Source of the DNA: Takakia lepidozioides
Lineage: Eukaryota; Plantae; Bryophyta
Direction of reading: 5' to 3'
DNA length: 64,000 nt
Assembly: GCA_030704615.1 (NCBI GenBank)
Contig: CM060731.1
Coordinates: 14,942,001-15,006,000, forward strand
Shown here: piece by piece, positions 47,142 to 60,935 of the stretch
Position numbering within the stretch: position 1 is the first letter of the stretch
How the letters are laid out: each line of letters starts with the position of its first letter
Made by a program: the position numbers and the translations under genes
Notes under the pieces: model-generated
Told to the model about the DNA's origin: nothing
The model's input: the letters and a program-made list of their open reading frames with translations, nothing else
Databases searched by the model: none

Positions 47142-50100
47142 TGTAAAGCCTCAAAACGAGCCCGAGGCATATACTCCCTTCCTCTCAAGAAACGTGTTTT
47201 CACAACAAAGGGGCAAGCAAAAGAGCAGGCAATGCGCGAGGGGAGGATCAAGCGGGCGAATCTGACACACATAGGAGCTCTCATCCAAAGTTTGTATACT
47301 CGAAACACATATACACTAACACCTGAATACACCGCCCTGACCTTGTGTCAGGGCGCCGTCTTTATACAAAAGCCCTAAACATGGTGCCCTGCCGCGTGGC
47401 GAGGCATCATAGGCCAAAGCCCACAACGCCGCGTTGTAGCCCTAGATCTGATGAAGGGCCAGGATCTGATGAAACGGGTTATTTCCAAGCGTAAGCAGGT
47501 ATGGGGCTTTACATCTGTGAAACCTACCCCCTACGAAAAATCCTGAGCTCCGTGAAGGAAAACAAATAATGGGAAAATATCACCCTCCGCTGCTTGGTGA
47601 AAAACCTACCAAGGGAAAACCTGGCACCTGCAAGTTGGGCCGAGGACAAAACCCCTGGCTAGGAAAACCGTGCAGGGAGTACAAATGGTGAGATGTCATA
47701 AAATATGCAAAGTCCTAGAGATGTCAAGTCCGAGGACCCCAAGAGGCATCAGCTGCAAACTAAGACTAAGCCGCAGTGGAGTAAGCTGAAGTAGATCGCT
47801 AAGAAGATCAAGACATCACCCCACCGTGCGCCCCTCCACATTGATACATGTGAGATCAAAAACTAGCTCGGAATGCACCAAGGCTGTCAAGGAAACAGGT
47901 TCATCCCGCTCTTCAGTGTTAGAGCCTTGGGGAAGAAGAAGAGCACGTTGCCCACGTAAAATCTGATAGATCAAATATGGACTGTCGATCTTGAGCTTAG
48001 ATTTGCATGCATGCTTGCCATGCTGTAATCGACCGCACACGGTCTGTCCCACGTGAAACATGTTAGATTAATACTTGACACGCTTGTAAAAATTACAGGC
48101 CTGGGTTAGTTGAGCCTTACCAATGTTCGTCTTGGCATCATGGATAGACACCACATGGCGAGCATGAAGATCCTCAACAAAGGTCTCAAGATCAACCGGA
48201 TCAGCAATATTAGAGATAAGAAGGGTAGAATGCAAATGAGAAACACACTTGCGACCATACAACAATTCAAAAGGTCTTCTTAGTACTAGCATGCATGGCG
48301 GTGCAATAAGCAAAGAGAATAGGGGAAGAAAGGTATCCCACTCCCTGGTAAGTGCGCCATTCTTCTCCAACATTCGGCAAAGAGTTTGGTTGAAGCGTTC
48401 CGTGAGGCCATTGGTCTGGGGATGGTACGGGGGCGGTGGTGGAATGCTTGACACCGAAGTTGAAGCAAACTACCGTGAGGAACTGGTTACAAAACTCCTT
48501 GCCCTGATCCGTTATTATCTCCCGAGGACACCCATGCCGCATAAGGATCTCATTGAAGAAGAACTGAGCTACAACATCACTAGCCTTGGAACGCAAAGGC
48601 CGGACTTCTATCCACTTAGTCAAGTAGTCGGTAGCAACACAAAGGTAGCTTCGACCCTTTGATGTGAGTGCGAGGGGTCCTACCAAGTCAATGCCAACAC
48701 GAGCAAAAGCATGGGTGACAAGCAAAGGCTGCAGCTCATATAAGATTCGGGCCCTAGGGAGAGCAATGTGAGCACGACAACCTTCACATTTAGAGATGAA
48801 CTCGGTGACGTCTCGGTGAATTCCCAGCCAATATTATACCTCTTGGATGCGGGCCACAGTTTTCTTGATACTAAGGTGACCTGCATATAAGAAACAATGG
48901 AAACGCTCCAATAAAGCATTCAGGTGGCTCCGTGGTGACACCTCCAAGTAGCATGGCACTCCCCCTCTAGCGAGCTCCTTGAAAAGTTTATCACCCATAA
49001 AACGGTGAGTAGACACATGGTAGAGAATTTGTTTACGCAAGGACTCGGAAAGGCCAGCTGGCGAACACCCTGATTGGCATCGCTGGAGTAACGCATCATG
49101 TAGTTGATCATCCATGACTGCACTACACATAAGAGGTAGACAATGGGATTTAGAGAAGGTGGTCTGGAGTGCCTGCACCTATGATCTCCAGCCAGGGATA
49201 CCTTCACCTCATTTGTTATTACTCATGGACAGTCAAATCAGGCCTTGAGGCTCAAGCCAATAGTCACACCGGAGTGCAGCAGCTGAATCACAACAAACTC
49301 GGGGGCCTAGGAAAGAGAAGGACTGAAACTCAACAAGGAACTTCCACCAAACTATCCGAATTCTCGCGAAGCGATAGATCCACCACACATACTAACACAC
49401 GAATAAATCAACCAGGATCATCTAATAGGCTGAACCAGCCCCAAGCAGACAATATGCCATGTGAATCCAGGGACAAGGGTTGCTGATCTGCACAAAGAAG
49501 GTTGAGAAGAGGGGCAGGATTAGGAGGAGGGGCAGCATCAGCAGCAACCAGGTCATCCAAGGTGAGCATAGGCCTGCTGACAGGAGGATCAACCCGTGTG
49601 AGTGCATCAACATTCGTGTTTTCTTTGCCCTTCTTGTAGACTATATCCATGTCAAATTCCTGCAGGTACATAGCCCATCTAGCAAGTCTGCCATGAAGTT
49701 CCATAGGCTTAACAAGAGCCTTCAGTGGAAGATGATCAGTCTTTACCACAAACCAGCTGCCATGTAAATATTGCCGAAAATGCTTCACACCAAAGACCAG
49801 GGCTAGACCCTCCTTATCAGATATGGAATAATTCCTTTCATGACGATCTAGATGACGAGATGCATAAGCTATGACATGATCCTTGCCTTCTATTACTTGA
49901 CATAAGATTGCGGAGATGGCAACATCAGATGCATCAGTCTGAAGCAAGAAATGTAACTCAAAGTTGGGAAATATCAGGATGGGAGCTGAATACAAAGCCT
50001 TGCGAAGGGTGTCAAAGGCAGCATGCTGGGAGAAAGTCCATTCAAACCTGACATCTTTGCATAACACCTTGGTCAGAGGGTGAGCAAGCTCGGCAAAGTT

Positions 50101-52076
50101 CTTTATGAAGCGCCTATAATAAGAAGCCAGACCAAGGAAGGATTTTATACAATGTTTATCCCTGGGGATAGGAAAGCCCCAAACAGACTCAAGTTTGGCA
50201 GGATCAGGAAGCAAACCATCTTTGGACAGAATATGACCAAGAAAGTGTAGCTCAAGCATGAACAGCTCACATTTCTTGGGCTTTACTTGCAGTGCGCAAT
50301 TTGCTGGAAACACGCTGCAGATCAGCTAAGTGAGCATCAAAGCTGGCTGAGTGAACATTGATATCATCGACATAAATTAAAGCACACTCCCAGCGAAGAT
50401 TGCCCAAGACAATGTCCATGAGGCGTTGGAAAGTAGAGGTGTCATTGCACAAAAGACATGGTCTCATATTGGTACTTACGCTGTTTCAAAAGCAGGTACC
50501 TGACAAAATCACGATGTTGGATGACTGCACATGTAAACTACCTCCCACGAGACCATCCACCAAGTCCACCGCCGTGGGCTTGTCACGACAGACCCGAGCG
50601 TGAAATCAAAGAGCTCGCAATAACAAGGCTCCAGAGCCTTCAAGCAGCAACGAGAGCCGCGAGCCTGCTGTCCGTTCAGTCGTCTGCCACAGGCCCGACT
50701 CACGGCGAACTGATAATGGTAGGTGGAGCCCGAGCGCTTCCCAGGCCACCTGCCAATGATGAAGAAGACGAGCCTTGAACACCTTTGGTCGCAAGCACAT
50801 GGAGTTTCTGACGGCCACGATGGCTCGAGTCTGGCACAACGCACTCTCTCTCCCAAAGCCAGAACTAGACCTAGGTCGCACAAAGATTGCTTCGTGATGA
50901 CAGTTTAGACGATGAGCATCCTCACGAATAGATTCTTCAAACTTTTCAAACCACTGCACATCCTCCGGAAGCAATTCTCCTAGAGACTCATCATACTCTT
51001 GAGAGCGCTCAATATCCCTCTCAAACTCTCTCTCCCGTTCTCTCGGACACTCGTAATCAGGACCTGGATCATAGAAATTGTCAAAATTATAGTACTCAGG
51101 ATCGCAGCTATCTAAAGAGCTGGGTGACCTCTCCTCTTTTGGTGACCAGTCAACATCATATCTAGGGCTATTTGAATTCAGATGCACGACAAGACCAGGA
51201 CCATCAGTGATGGGTTGAGGCAGGGGTGACACTGGCAAGACAATAATGCCAAGTAGCGCATGTCGAGAGGGGTTAGTGACAGCAAGATCAGTTGCTACTG
51301 CCAAAGCAGGGTTAGTCTCAATCTCAAAAACCAAATCAACTTGCACCGACAGACTTTCTCCCTCTCTGCGTGCTACACAGCTAGTACTACGTACCGAGGC
51401 CATCGTCCTGCAGCACAACACAACGAGCAGGGTGAGAAAGCAAATACGAAACAGCAGGAGAAAACATCGCAAGGTGGCTGGCCGCCATCAGACAAGACTG
51501 ATTAGAGAGCAAAAAGCAGAAGATTAGCGCGCAGATCCCTCAACAACCCAACAAATGGTGTCAGGGCGGGTAGCGGATGCTAAAACACCTAGATAGCTAC
51601 TCGGCTTCTCTCAACCACAAAATGAGCCCGAGGCATATATTCCCTTCCTCTCAAGAAACGTGTTTTCACAACAAAGGGGCAAGCGAAAGAGCAGGCAATG
51701 CGCGAGAGGAGGATCAAGCGCGCGAATCTGACACACACATGAGCTCTCATCCAAAGTTTGTACACTCAAAACACATATACACTAACACCTGAATACACCG
51801 CCCTGACCTTGTGTCAGGGCGCCGTCTTTATACAAAAGCCCTAACCATGGTGGCCTGCCGCGTGGCGAGGCATCATAGGCCAAAGCCCACAGCGCCGCCT
51901 TGTAGCCCTAGATCTGATGAAGGGCCAGGATCGAGCCACCGGCCTAAACTAACCCTAACCTAGACATCATTGTAACGGATTAACGGCTTTATACGCCAAA
52001 AATATACTATGAATGTGTATCGCCGTTTTGGATGAAACGGGTTATTTCCAGGCGTAAGCAAGTATGGGGCTTTATA
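47142..52076 (-). mobile_element. G4: decayed, internally deleted Ty3/Gypsy retrotransposon of a second family
   Basis: Terminal repeats 47142-47513 and about 51614-52076. 4-bp TSD GTCA (47138-47141, 52077-52080), supported by the uninterrupted paralogue at 30208-30352. The CA end at 52075-52076 (+ strand) is mutated to TA. Confidence 0.9.
48000..50445 (-). pseudogene. G4 pol remnant: RT C-terminal half, RNase H, integrase
   Basis: TFQRLMD..LIYVDDI, KCE..FLGH, FLGLASYYRRFI, LQTDAS, TDHLPL, RVGIDLVGPL, IITDQGKEF, YHPQTNGLTERFN. Several frameshifts. Gag, protease and the RT N-terminus are not visible. Confidence 0.9.
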
Positions 52077-52641
52077 GTCATACCTTCTTTTGTCTCCCAG
52101 AAGAGGGGATAGCAGTCCTCGAATTGTACTGCAGATGGTGGGAAAAATAACCACCAAAAGGCAGTACCCATCCATTTTTTTTATATTTCTGCCTACTCGT
52201 GGACGTGGCGAAATTTGTTTGGGTTTAAGTGCAGAGGTGGCGACTTGCACAATGTCCACCTGGATCCTACCTGGCTACATGGTGATAGGTGCAGGTGACG
52301 AAATCGTATTGATTCTTGATGCGATGGGGCGCCAGCCCTTGGATTTAGGACGCAATGCTCCCCGATTCCCAGGCGAAATGGGTGGTTCCTCTGCTGCTTT
52401 CTGGCACCAGTTGCCCAGGAACTGCCACTTTCTGGCGAAGTTTTTTATTTTTGGCCCTGTTTTTTGCATAGTAGTTGTCGCATGCCAACATTTTTTGGGT
52501 GCTTTCAGGTTTTTTTTCGCCTAAAAAGATAGGGCAAAAAAAGACACACCATATTTCCTTGGGAGGCATCGAACCCTTTTCTTTCCCATACCATTCTATG
52601 GTGGGATGGGTATGTATGAAGCATGTATGAAATGGTATACC

Positions 52642-53696
52642 GACAACCGTTTAGGCGATAATTAATTCAAAATGAAAGTGCCTAACCAATTCTGTGAATT
52701 TTTCAGATTTTGGCCTAATTCCTTGGAAACTATGGGACCAAAGTGCCTAATTCCTAAAAATTCAAGCAAAAAACTTGCAAGCCTCTTCTCATGTTGTTTG
52801 TAATAAGATGAAATAAGTTGAAAAAAAACAAAAATTTCATTGAACAAAAATCAATACAAATATATGCATGCGAAAATAACTTCCTACAAATCGTAATTTA
52901 TTTGCGAGAGCTCCATGTAACTTCGAAAGGCCCCTGCATGGACTCGACAATGTCATCATATTCATCTTCCTTGCTAATCATCATGATCTCTCCATCTACC
53001 TTGTCCACCACATTGAGATCAAGGATCTCCTCATTTTCAATATGCAGATTTGCAAGACACCTACACATAGTTTTCTCTACACTAAGGTCAAGGTAGATAT
53101 CAGGGATATCCTGAGTGTCTTCAACATTTCCGTCCACCAAATCATCATTCACTACAAACAAATTGTGAACAAAATTTGCTCGCATAGCTTCTCCCTGGAA
53201 AGTGTGCTCAAAAGCCCGTAATATCCCACATTGTTCCACCCAGAGACAATCATGTCTGTATGCACATTCACCTGCACCCAAGCCTCCCACATCCAAATTG
53301 CTACATGTTCACGCATGGAAGGCAAGTCCGTCTTCACCAACCTCTTCAGCAGGCACACCTGCTTCCAATTGCGGTTTCACGTGCTGACCATAGTGCAGCA
53401 AAAGCACACTTGAGAGGTCGTTGCAACTTGATCACATCGCTTCCGCCTTGGAGCACCGCGTACAACTTAGGGTTTCAAAGGAAATGAATGATAGCTGGAG
53501 CTTGGAAGGGCCTATGGGCATTGGGTTTCTATTTTGTATTTTTACTCTTAAGAAAATAATTTTTTTCTCTTCTCATGTGCCTACTTCATAAATTATAGCA
53601 TGAAGATGCCCAAAATGAGAAATGGTTTTTCAAAAGTGCCTAATTTTTTGAATGATTAATTTTATTATCAGGCGCAAAAATGCCTAAACGGTTGTC
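52642..53696 (-). mobile_element. Deleted pogo/Tc1-like DNA transposon with a transposase C-terminal remnant (about 52900-53400)
   Basis: Inverted repeats GACAACCGTTTAGGC / GCCTAAACGGTTGTC. Remnant reads REHVAIWMWEAWVQV..MIVSGW..CGI followed by an acidic tail, typical of pogo DDE_1 C-termini. Confidence 0.65.
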
Positions 53697-56600
53697 CAGG
53701 AACGGTAGGCTGCAGAGGCGGTTGTACCTTCAGGGTGGTTAGAGACTGAGTCATAGACAGCTTGGCTGCTTGACAGCTGGCCCTAGTTGCATGAGCTCAA
53801 ACCCACAAGATTTGAAGCTTCTAGGACTTGGAACACTGGACAGGGAGAGACCCGGGCCCAGCAACAAGATCACAATGAAGTTGGAGAAACTGGGAGAACT
53901 CTTGGCAGTTTGAGGCCAGGAAGCCTCAACAACATTCTGGCCCCCACGTGGCGCCACAGCTTTGGATGCAGAGTCAAGCGCCTTTTGCTCTTGATTCGCT
54001 GGCCCAACAAACGAGAAATCCCAACGGTCTCTGAGCAAGCAAATGGCCCCATATCATTTGCAGAGCCTACTGGGTGTCAGCATGATACTGGGGAGAGGAC
54101 CCTGTCAAGTGGGCGTGGCCCATGTTGCCTTGTCCCGTTCTGTAGAGGTCTGTAGCAGTCCTGGTGCTAGACAGTTCCTTGCTTCGAGGATGTTGAAACA
54201 CCTCTTCTTGGCCAATCACCAGCTTGCAGGTGACTTTGCAGCCTATAGTGGGGGCTTTCGTGGAGGAGCTCCCCTCTTGTGCCTTTTTTCTTTGTTTTAA
54301 AGCAACATGTGCTTGTGTCGGTGCTGTGTGCAGCGCACAGAGGCAGCGGGCTCATGTCTCCGCAGATTTTCACCAGCGTCTGCAGCTTGTGTTCGCTGTT
54401 CTTCTCAGGTCAAAACATACTTAATTAGGTGAGCCAAAGTTGGGTAAGCTTGGTGATGGTGATGCTCAATCTAAATGAAACGAAATGAAATGACACTTCA
54501 TTACGTCCCCGGAAACCTCCCAGAGTTCGTGGGAGAAGAGAAAGCAGGAAGTTCAAGGAAGCGAGTGGGGCCGCAACAAGCAGCCCAAAAACAACTGTTG
54601 ATCAAGAGATTGTCACCTGACATGTAACCCTCATGCAAAGAGCATTACTAATACTCGTGGTGGAACACCTCTGTAACGGAACATTGAATAGGCAATAGGC
54701 TATAATTACTATAATTCACAGACTGTTCCATTTAGAAGAATGGGAGAGACGTGAACTCTTAATCTGAAGCTGCTACATCAGTCTCTGTTTTAATATGATC
54801 CAGGCTCCCTAAGCGGGGGTGGCAGAATTACCCTGCCCGAGAGTTTCAAGATTATCCATTCTAGGATTGGTTTCAATCTGGTTACAACTTACAAGGAGCA
54901 GCGTGCGAATTGGTCAAGATTCCTCCGCGATTTTAGTGCATCGCCAACATCATCAGGCCCGTCTCACCTGGGGTTGCACCTCTTGGACTACATACCGTGC
55001 AAGGGTAAAATTTTACTTGTACTTCGGAGTAACTATCAGCTTCTCTACACTGAACAGGGCCTAGCGGGCCCCTTTTCTGCAATCTTTGGTCGGTAGTCGG
55101 TGCGTCGTTGGCCCACCGCTAGCGTTTGTCTGGCCTGGAGGTGCCTTTTAACTTGGACAACAGGACCCACAAGCAGGATTCAGCGTTGAATCTCTGATGG
55201 GCTATCTGTGCACAGAATTCTGATCTAAGAGACTGTCAGTACCTCAAGTTCAAAAAGAGAAATGAAGTGACAGTTAACCTGAAAAGCAAGAGTCAGTAAA
55301 GAAAGTGGGGCCCCCACTAGTATCCCAAAAACAACTAGTATCAAGGGACCATTAACTAGTCTAATAAGGGCGTCCTTCCATAAGATGCGTAAGGCCTCGT
55401 GCAGATATGCTGCTAAGTATTTCTGATCACAGAAAAGCAAACAATGAGTTGGATTACCCAACCCTATGGAGCAGACCTGATCCTATTCTTCGGTAGCTCG
55501 CATGGCACCGTCACTAGCTAATCTTAAGGAGACCTCATTACCAGCTCCGAAATATCTTTAAGAACATCCAAAGAATGAGATTACCTGCTGTGACCTGTCC
55601 CATGCATGACAAGGCACCTCGGTGCATGCAGGGAGGGCTCTGTGTTAATTCAAGTGTACAGTCGACTGGAGCTCAAATCACGTGGCGTGGGCAGTGATTG
55701 AAGAAGCATGGAATTTGTGTGGGAGGAGAGGAGCTGGCTGCTGGGCATTGGCAACTCTATCCTAGAGATGGTACATGTTCATCTATTCAAACAGTAATTC
55801 TCCTGGGGTAAATTCTCATGGAGTAAGTGTTTTCTTTACAAAAAGGATCTGAAACCAGGCGGCGGAAGGTGTGGAATCTGGAACTTAATTGCACATGAAT
55901 GTGGCGGGTACATGGCCAACAAATGCGCTGTATGTCCACTCCCACCCAAGTGCCAACCACGTGTATGAGGATCGTTGGCCAAGAACACTTATGATAGAAG
56001 AATAGTGGATGCCGAACCGGGCGAGTGGACAGGAACTAGCCATCCACAGTAGTGTCGATAATGATCACACACTCGTGAACAGCAGGGAATCACGGTGTCA
56101 GGTAACCGCCTTCACAGAAGATCACAATCAAGTTGGGGAGTTGAAACACGATCGTAACCGAGTGGTAACTCTCAATTGTAAGTACTCCTGGATTGGCTTG
56201 CAACTTCCATTGTTCACGAATAAAAAATGACACACCGTCCAAGAAACACGGTACCATCTCGATGCTTGCAGAGCTCCGTAGCAACTGTTTCTATGTATTC
56301 TATAAGCCCATTGCGACCCGCAGTTCCCGACAAATCAGATCGCTATATCTACAAAGACTGGCCCACTGCTTGCGAGATGCTTGCCAAAGGCTGGGATTAT
56401 TAAAGCACTCTCGCTTCACATGGGTCAATGCAACAACTTTAGCTCACTTACATGTAAAAGAAATCATCGAAATATTAGTAAGTAAAATTTTAGAACGGAT
56501 GGTGAGAGCATACGAGCATACCTCCATGAAGGTAGGGTATGGACTTCGAAGTTTCTTAGTAAGTTCCCGAGGAGCAGGTACTTGCCCAAAATAGGGAACA

Positions 56601-59414
56601 TGCAACTTCGAGATTTGTTGAGGTGGCTATCTTCAGAGGGAGGAGGTGTCAGGGGCAGCTGTCAGTGTTGTCCCCTGTACAGCGACACGTCTCAATTCAC
56701 CTCGCCTCGTAATCGCCCGTGCAAATAAAAGGAGAATGGGAGGCATTGTCTTCCACAGAACTCAGTGAAGACGATGGGAAAGCACGCAAATGCTGGGGAG
56801 GCTGTTCAGTTTTCGATCGTTAGCGGGTGGTTCGTGGTTGAGATTGTGTGATATTTCCGGTAAGGTCTACTGGCGCCGGTGCAACAAGTCCTGGAATCAG
56901 ACTGCAGCTCCTCTGTAGCACTGCATGTCAGATTCGAGGGCTTGTTTCACAGGCTCCAGTCGACTTTGACCGGCGTCCTTCCCACATCATACTTCGAAAC
57001 GGAGTGGAGATTGAAAATTATCACCAACCGACATGGCTCGCGACTTTGACCTTCCGTGCGTGCACCAAAAAGACCTCTCGTCTTTCTGCGGGCAAGCCAT
57101 TGGTAAGAGATCAACAGAGATGAATAGCAGACGTCCCCAGAGGTAAGTTAAGATCCAAACTGCGAACTGGAAGGGAAAAACAAGAGCATTGCAAGTCCCC
57201 AGAATAATTCATTAAGTCTGGTTTGCAGCTTGCACATGTACCTGTAGCTCTAGATTGTCAAAGGTAGCGAATGGCTAGAGCTGATAAATGGGGGCATGAG
57301 GGCGGGCTTGCAGCTGAGCACTTGCAGTTTCTCGACCAGTTTGTAATTGTTTTATACAGGCCAGTACCCAGCACATGTTGACAGACATGACGTGCAGCAT
57401 ATGGCTATAGCTAATTATGTTTCTCATCTTCAGGCCATTAGTCAGACCTTGATTGAGAGTTGTTGGAAGCTCAACGGATAGTAGACGGCCAAAACCAAAA
57501 CCAGCCCAATATGTTCGAGATCCACGAAAGTATTTTACGTTTGGTCTAGATATGCAGGGGAAGAAAAGAGGTCCGTAAGAGTTGGTGTGGTGACCTCTTA
57601 CCTGATTCAGTTTGCTGTGCCTAACTGAGAGAACTCGGAATGTAACTGATCTGAACAAAGTTGGAGGACGAAAGGGTACAATTTGCCGAAGTGGATGTAA
57701 AAGATATAAGTACTTTCTAGCAAAAGATTAGTCTCCGGATTAGAAGGAACTTGCGTAACGTAATGTGAATCTTGGCTCAAGCATCCATTGGAGATAGAAG
57801 ACTGGAGTAGAAGTGATAGTAAAGCCAGCAATCAGTATCAATTACTTCTTAGAGACCACCTTCGATTATGCTGTCAGAGTGTTTTGACCCGAGTTGGAAG
57901 GATTGTAGTTCCCAGGCATGACTGTTAATGCAGGCTTCCTGGCCAGGGCATACACATCGTTTCCAGATGATTGAGTGAATAGCAGACATCTGAGAAGCTC
58001 GCAGGAAGAACCTTTAGCGGTCATGTTCTGATTGATTGAATGATCTATCAAGTGTTCCAAACACGTTCAGGTGGAATTTTGGTGCCCAATACTGGAGGAT
58101 TTGTTGAGAATCCATTACAAGGCCTGCCCGAGTCCTGCCCGCTGTTCAGAGTAATGTTGATATGCATGCTTTGCATCTGCTGTGCTGTTATAACTTACCC
58201 AGAAGAACATCTGGTCCAGTCTGATCATGTCCACACCTGTAATATTGTTTGCCGTCTGTGGGGTGAGGTTCACGTGCGGAGATGGTTCTGGAAGAATATG
58301 GACAAGGCTTGATCTCTCGCTTTCTCTGTGGAGGGGAAAGCTGTGGGCCACATGATTGCTCTGTCCAGAGAGAGATCTGCCTTTTGATATAAATCAAAGT
58401 CGTAGCGCTCGTACGCAGTGACACAAGCTCACGGAAGTACATATCCAGGCCTTCTACTTCAGGTACTCTTAGCGCCACTGGAGATGTTATGTACAGAAGT
58501 TGCAGATCTTTTAAAAACACATGTGATTGAAGCTTTCCAAGTGCATCTTAATAATAGTTATAACTGCTTAATCTTTTGACTTGTTCGAGCTTGTGGAAGC
58601 AGGTCGAGCTGGCCTATCTAGGCTTACAGAAAGGAAGGCCCTCGCAATGATGTCAGGAGTGGCCCACCTCCTTCTGCACATCGCAAAAAAGCCGCGGATG
58701 CAGCCAGGCTTGCAGTGCATCTTGAACACGTAAACACACAGTGATAGCTCTTTTTTTGCCTGTTCGGATGCTTAATGTGGTTGACACACAATATATCCCA
58801 GTCATGAATGCATCGTGAGCCTTTGAGGAATGGAAGAAGCACAAACTGATCATCCGATCGCCCAAAAACTGCATTAGGATAGAGTTGTGAATCGTAATTC
58901 AGCGAGAATTGCCAAACACAAGTAGCACAGAGTGATTAGATCGCCTTCAGGAGAAGTTTGGATTGTAGAGAGAAAACAAAGACATTAGTTCAATTCTCGA
59001 GCTTAAATAGGCTTTCTTGCTTAAGCAAAACATAAGAGGGAGGGAAGATTAGGGAGCATAACTGATGCAACTAATCGGTGACAAAATGTAAATTCCTTTA
59101 ACCACATTTTCTCCGTTGAATTGAACATGATGCATAGTTTCTAAGGTTTTTTCAGTGTTTTTCTTTTCTTTTCCAAAATCGCCATAAGAGCTACATTTAA
59201 ATTCTACCCAGCGGCCATGTGGCGAGAATAACGAGGTGGTATAGTTAGAAAAATGACTATATAACAAGTGTCACAATTTAACAAGTCCATGCAGGACTAG
59301 TTAACCAGTAATATTTAACCAGTGATGTTTTCTGGCGATCTTTTTTATTTTTCTCCCCATAATCCTTTTTTTTAATTGTTTTTTAAAGATAAATGGGAGG
59401 AAATTCTTGAAGCG

Positions 59415-59610
59415 TTAGTACATCATGCCGCCTATCCGCGCCCTAGACTGTGCAGAGTAAGAGTAGGGGTTCTCAAGATTCACCACGTCGTGGGTCAGAG
59501 GAAGAGGGCGATCGGGGAGTTCAGGAATGGGGCAATCCCCTTCCAGCATTTTCAGCACTTCTGTCATTGTGGGTCGAAAGGCTACCAACAAGTGGGAGTT
59601 CTTTTGTAAA
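59415..59610 (-). pseudogene. Receptor-like kinase C-terminal fragment (subdomain XI and tail, RKF3-like family)
   Basis: SHLLVAFRPTMTEVLKMLEGDCPIPELPDRPLPL. No intact upstream kinase subdomains seen. Confidence 0.65.
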
Positions 59611-60935
59611 AGTAGCACCAACAGTCAGTACCTCAGATGGTAAGATACACTGAGTGCCATCCGGATGACCCTGGGGTCAAATCCTGCTATTTGACGGTTG
59701 TGGTAGAGAGAAGGGGCCTGATTTGTGAGCTGTCGCTCCCAGGTGTTTCCCTTCTCAAAAAAAAAAACAAAGTAGCTGACCCATTTTCCAGGTCGAAATT
59801 CGCCACATCTAATTGTGTAATTCGTGCGTGTTATCCATTTATAAAATTATGCGATGTATAATTGTGTAATTACATAGAATTACAAAGATGTGTAATTCGC
59901 CACCTTTTGTAAAGGGGTTTCAAAAAAGATGGTAGAAAGGCGATAGTTATTAAATGGAGGATGTAACATACCAGGGCCACAAAGGACGCAGGAACGCAGC
60001 TGGACGGCCGCAAGCATAGTACCGTACGTTGTTGTGTTCCCTATGGTTGGTCGAGATCGTGGCCCATCCAACGTCCCACATTTTTTCACCCTTTCATCTT
60101 CTATCTTGTATAGTTATCCTGCAATGCATCCCGGCAGGTTATCCACTTGAGTTTCGGAGGCCTTAGAGAGGCACCGTACACCAGGTTCGAAACACAAAAT
60201 CAGTTCGAAACACAAAATCATACCTGCCGTCGTCGCTATTGTCGACCTCCTCCCTTCCCTATCGCACGTCACAGTGGGTGGGTTTCGAAAAATCATTATA
60301 TGTGTTGTGTACATAAATTACTAAGGTGGAAATGGTTCACCTTGGACATGTGTCACGATCTTATATGGTGCGCCTGATTTTGAGACGTCAAGAGGCTCTG
60401 GCGGCACTCTTGGGGGACGCACTGACACTGCTGCGCCCCCGGCGATGTGGGAGCTCCGTTCGGACGCTTGCGTCACTGTGGCCCTGGCATCAGGCACCAA
60501 ATTGTGTGAGCAGAATATATGTGTCAAGTGGTAGTTTCTAGGGGTGACATGTGTTGGGCAACCTTCTACAAAGGTTGAGCCGCCATCTTGCGATGGTATA
60601 TAAATGAGAGACTACTCCCTCAGCCCCTTCCTCTTTTGACTTGTTTTCTAAGTTAGTACCTACTTTTGTGAGCTATGCACATGCAGGCCCACACAAAATG
60701 ACGTAAACATGAACCATGGCTATATTAATTAATAGAAGAGCTGAGCTGAAATAAGGGTCCCAAATTTTGGGAGGGGTTACTCTTGAAGGTCGAAAACAAA
60801 AGAGCAGCCAATGGGGACGTCACGTAACAACATTTCTAAGACACTATAGACTAACCAAAACATCTACGCTACATCTACGTAGAAGCAATCTAAATATATA
60901 TATATATATATACATATGAAGATTTCCTTAAAGGG

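Noticed and set aside
53750-59000. Many short ORFs, including a patchy frame at about 57850-58520 on -
   Set aside because: No recognisable motifs or consistent exon chain could be established by eye.
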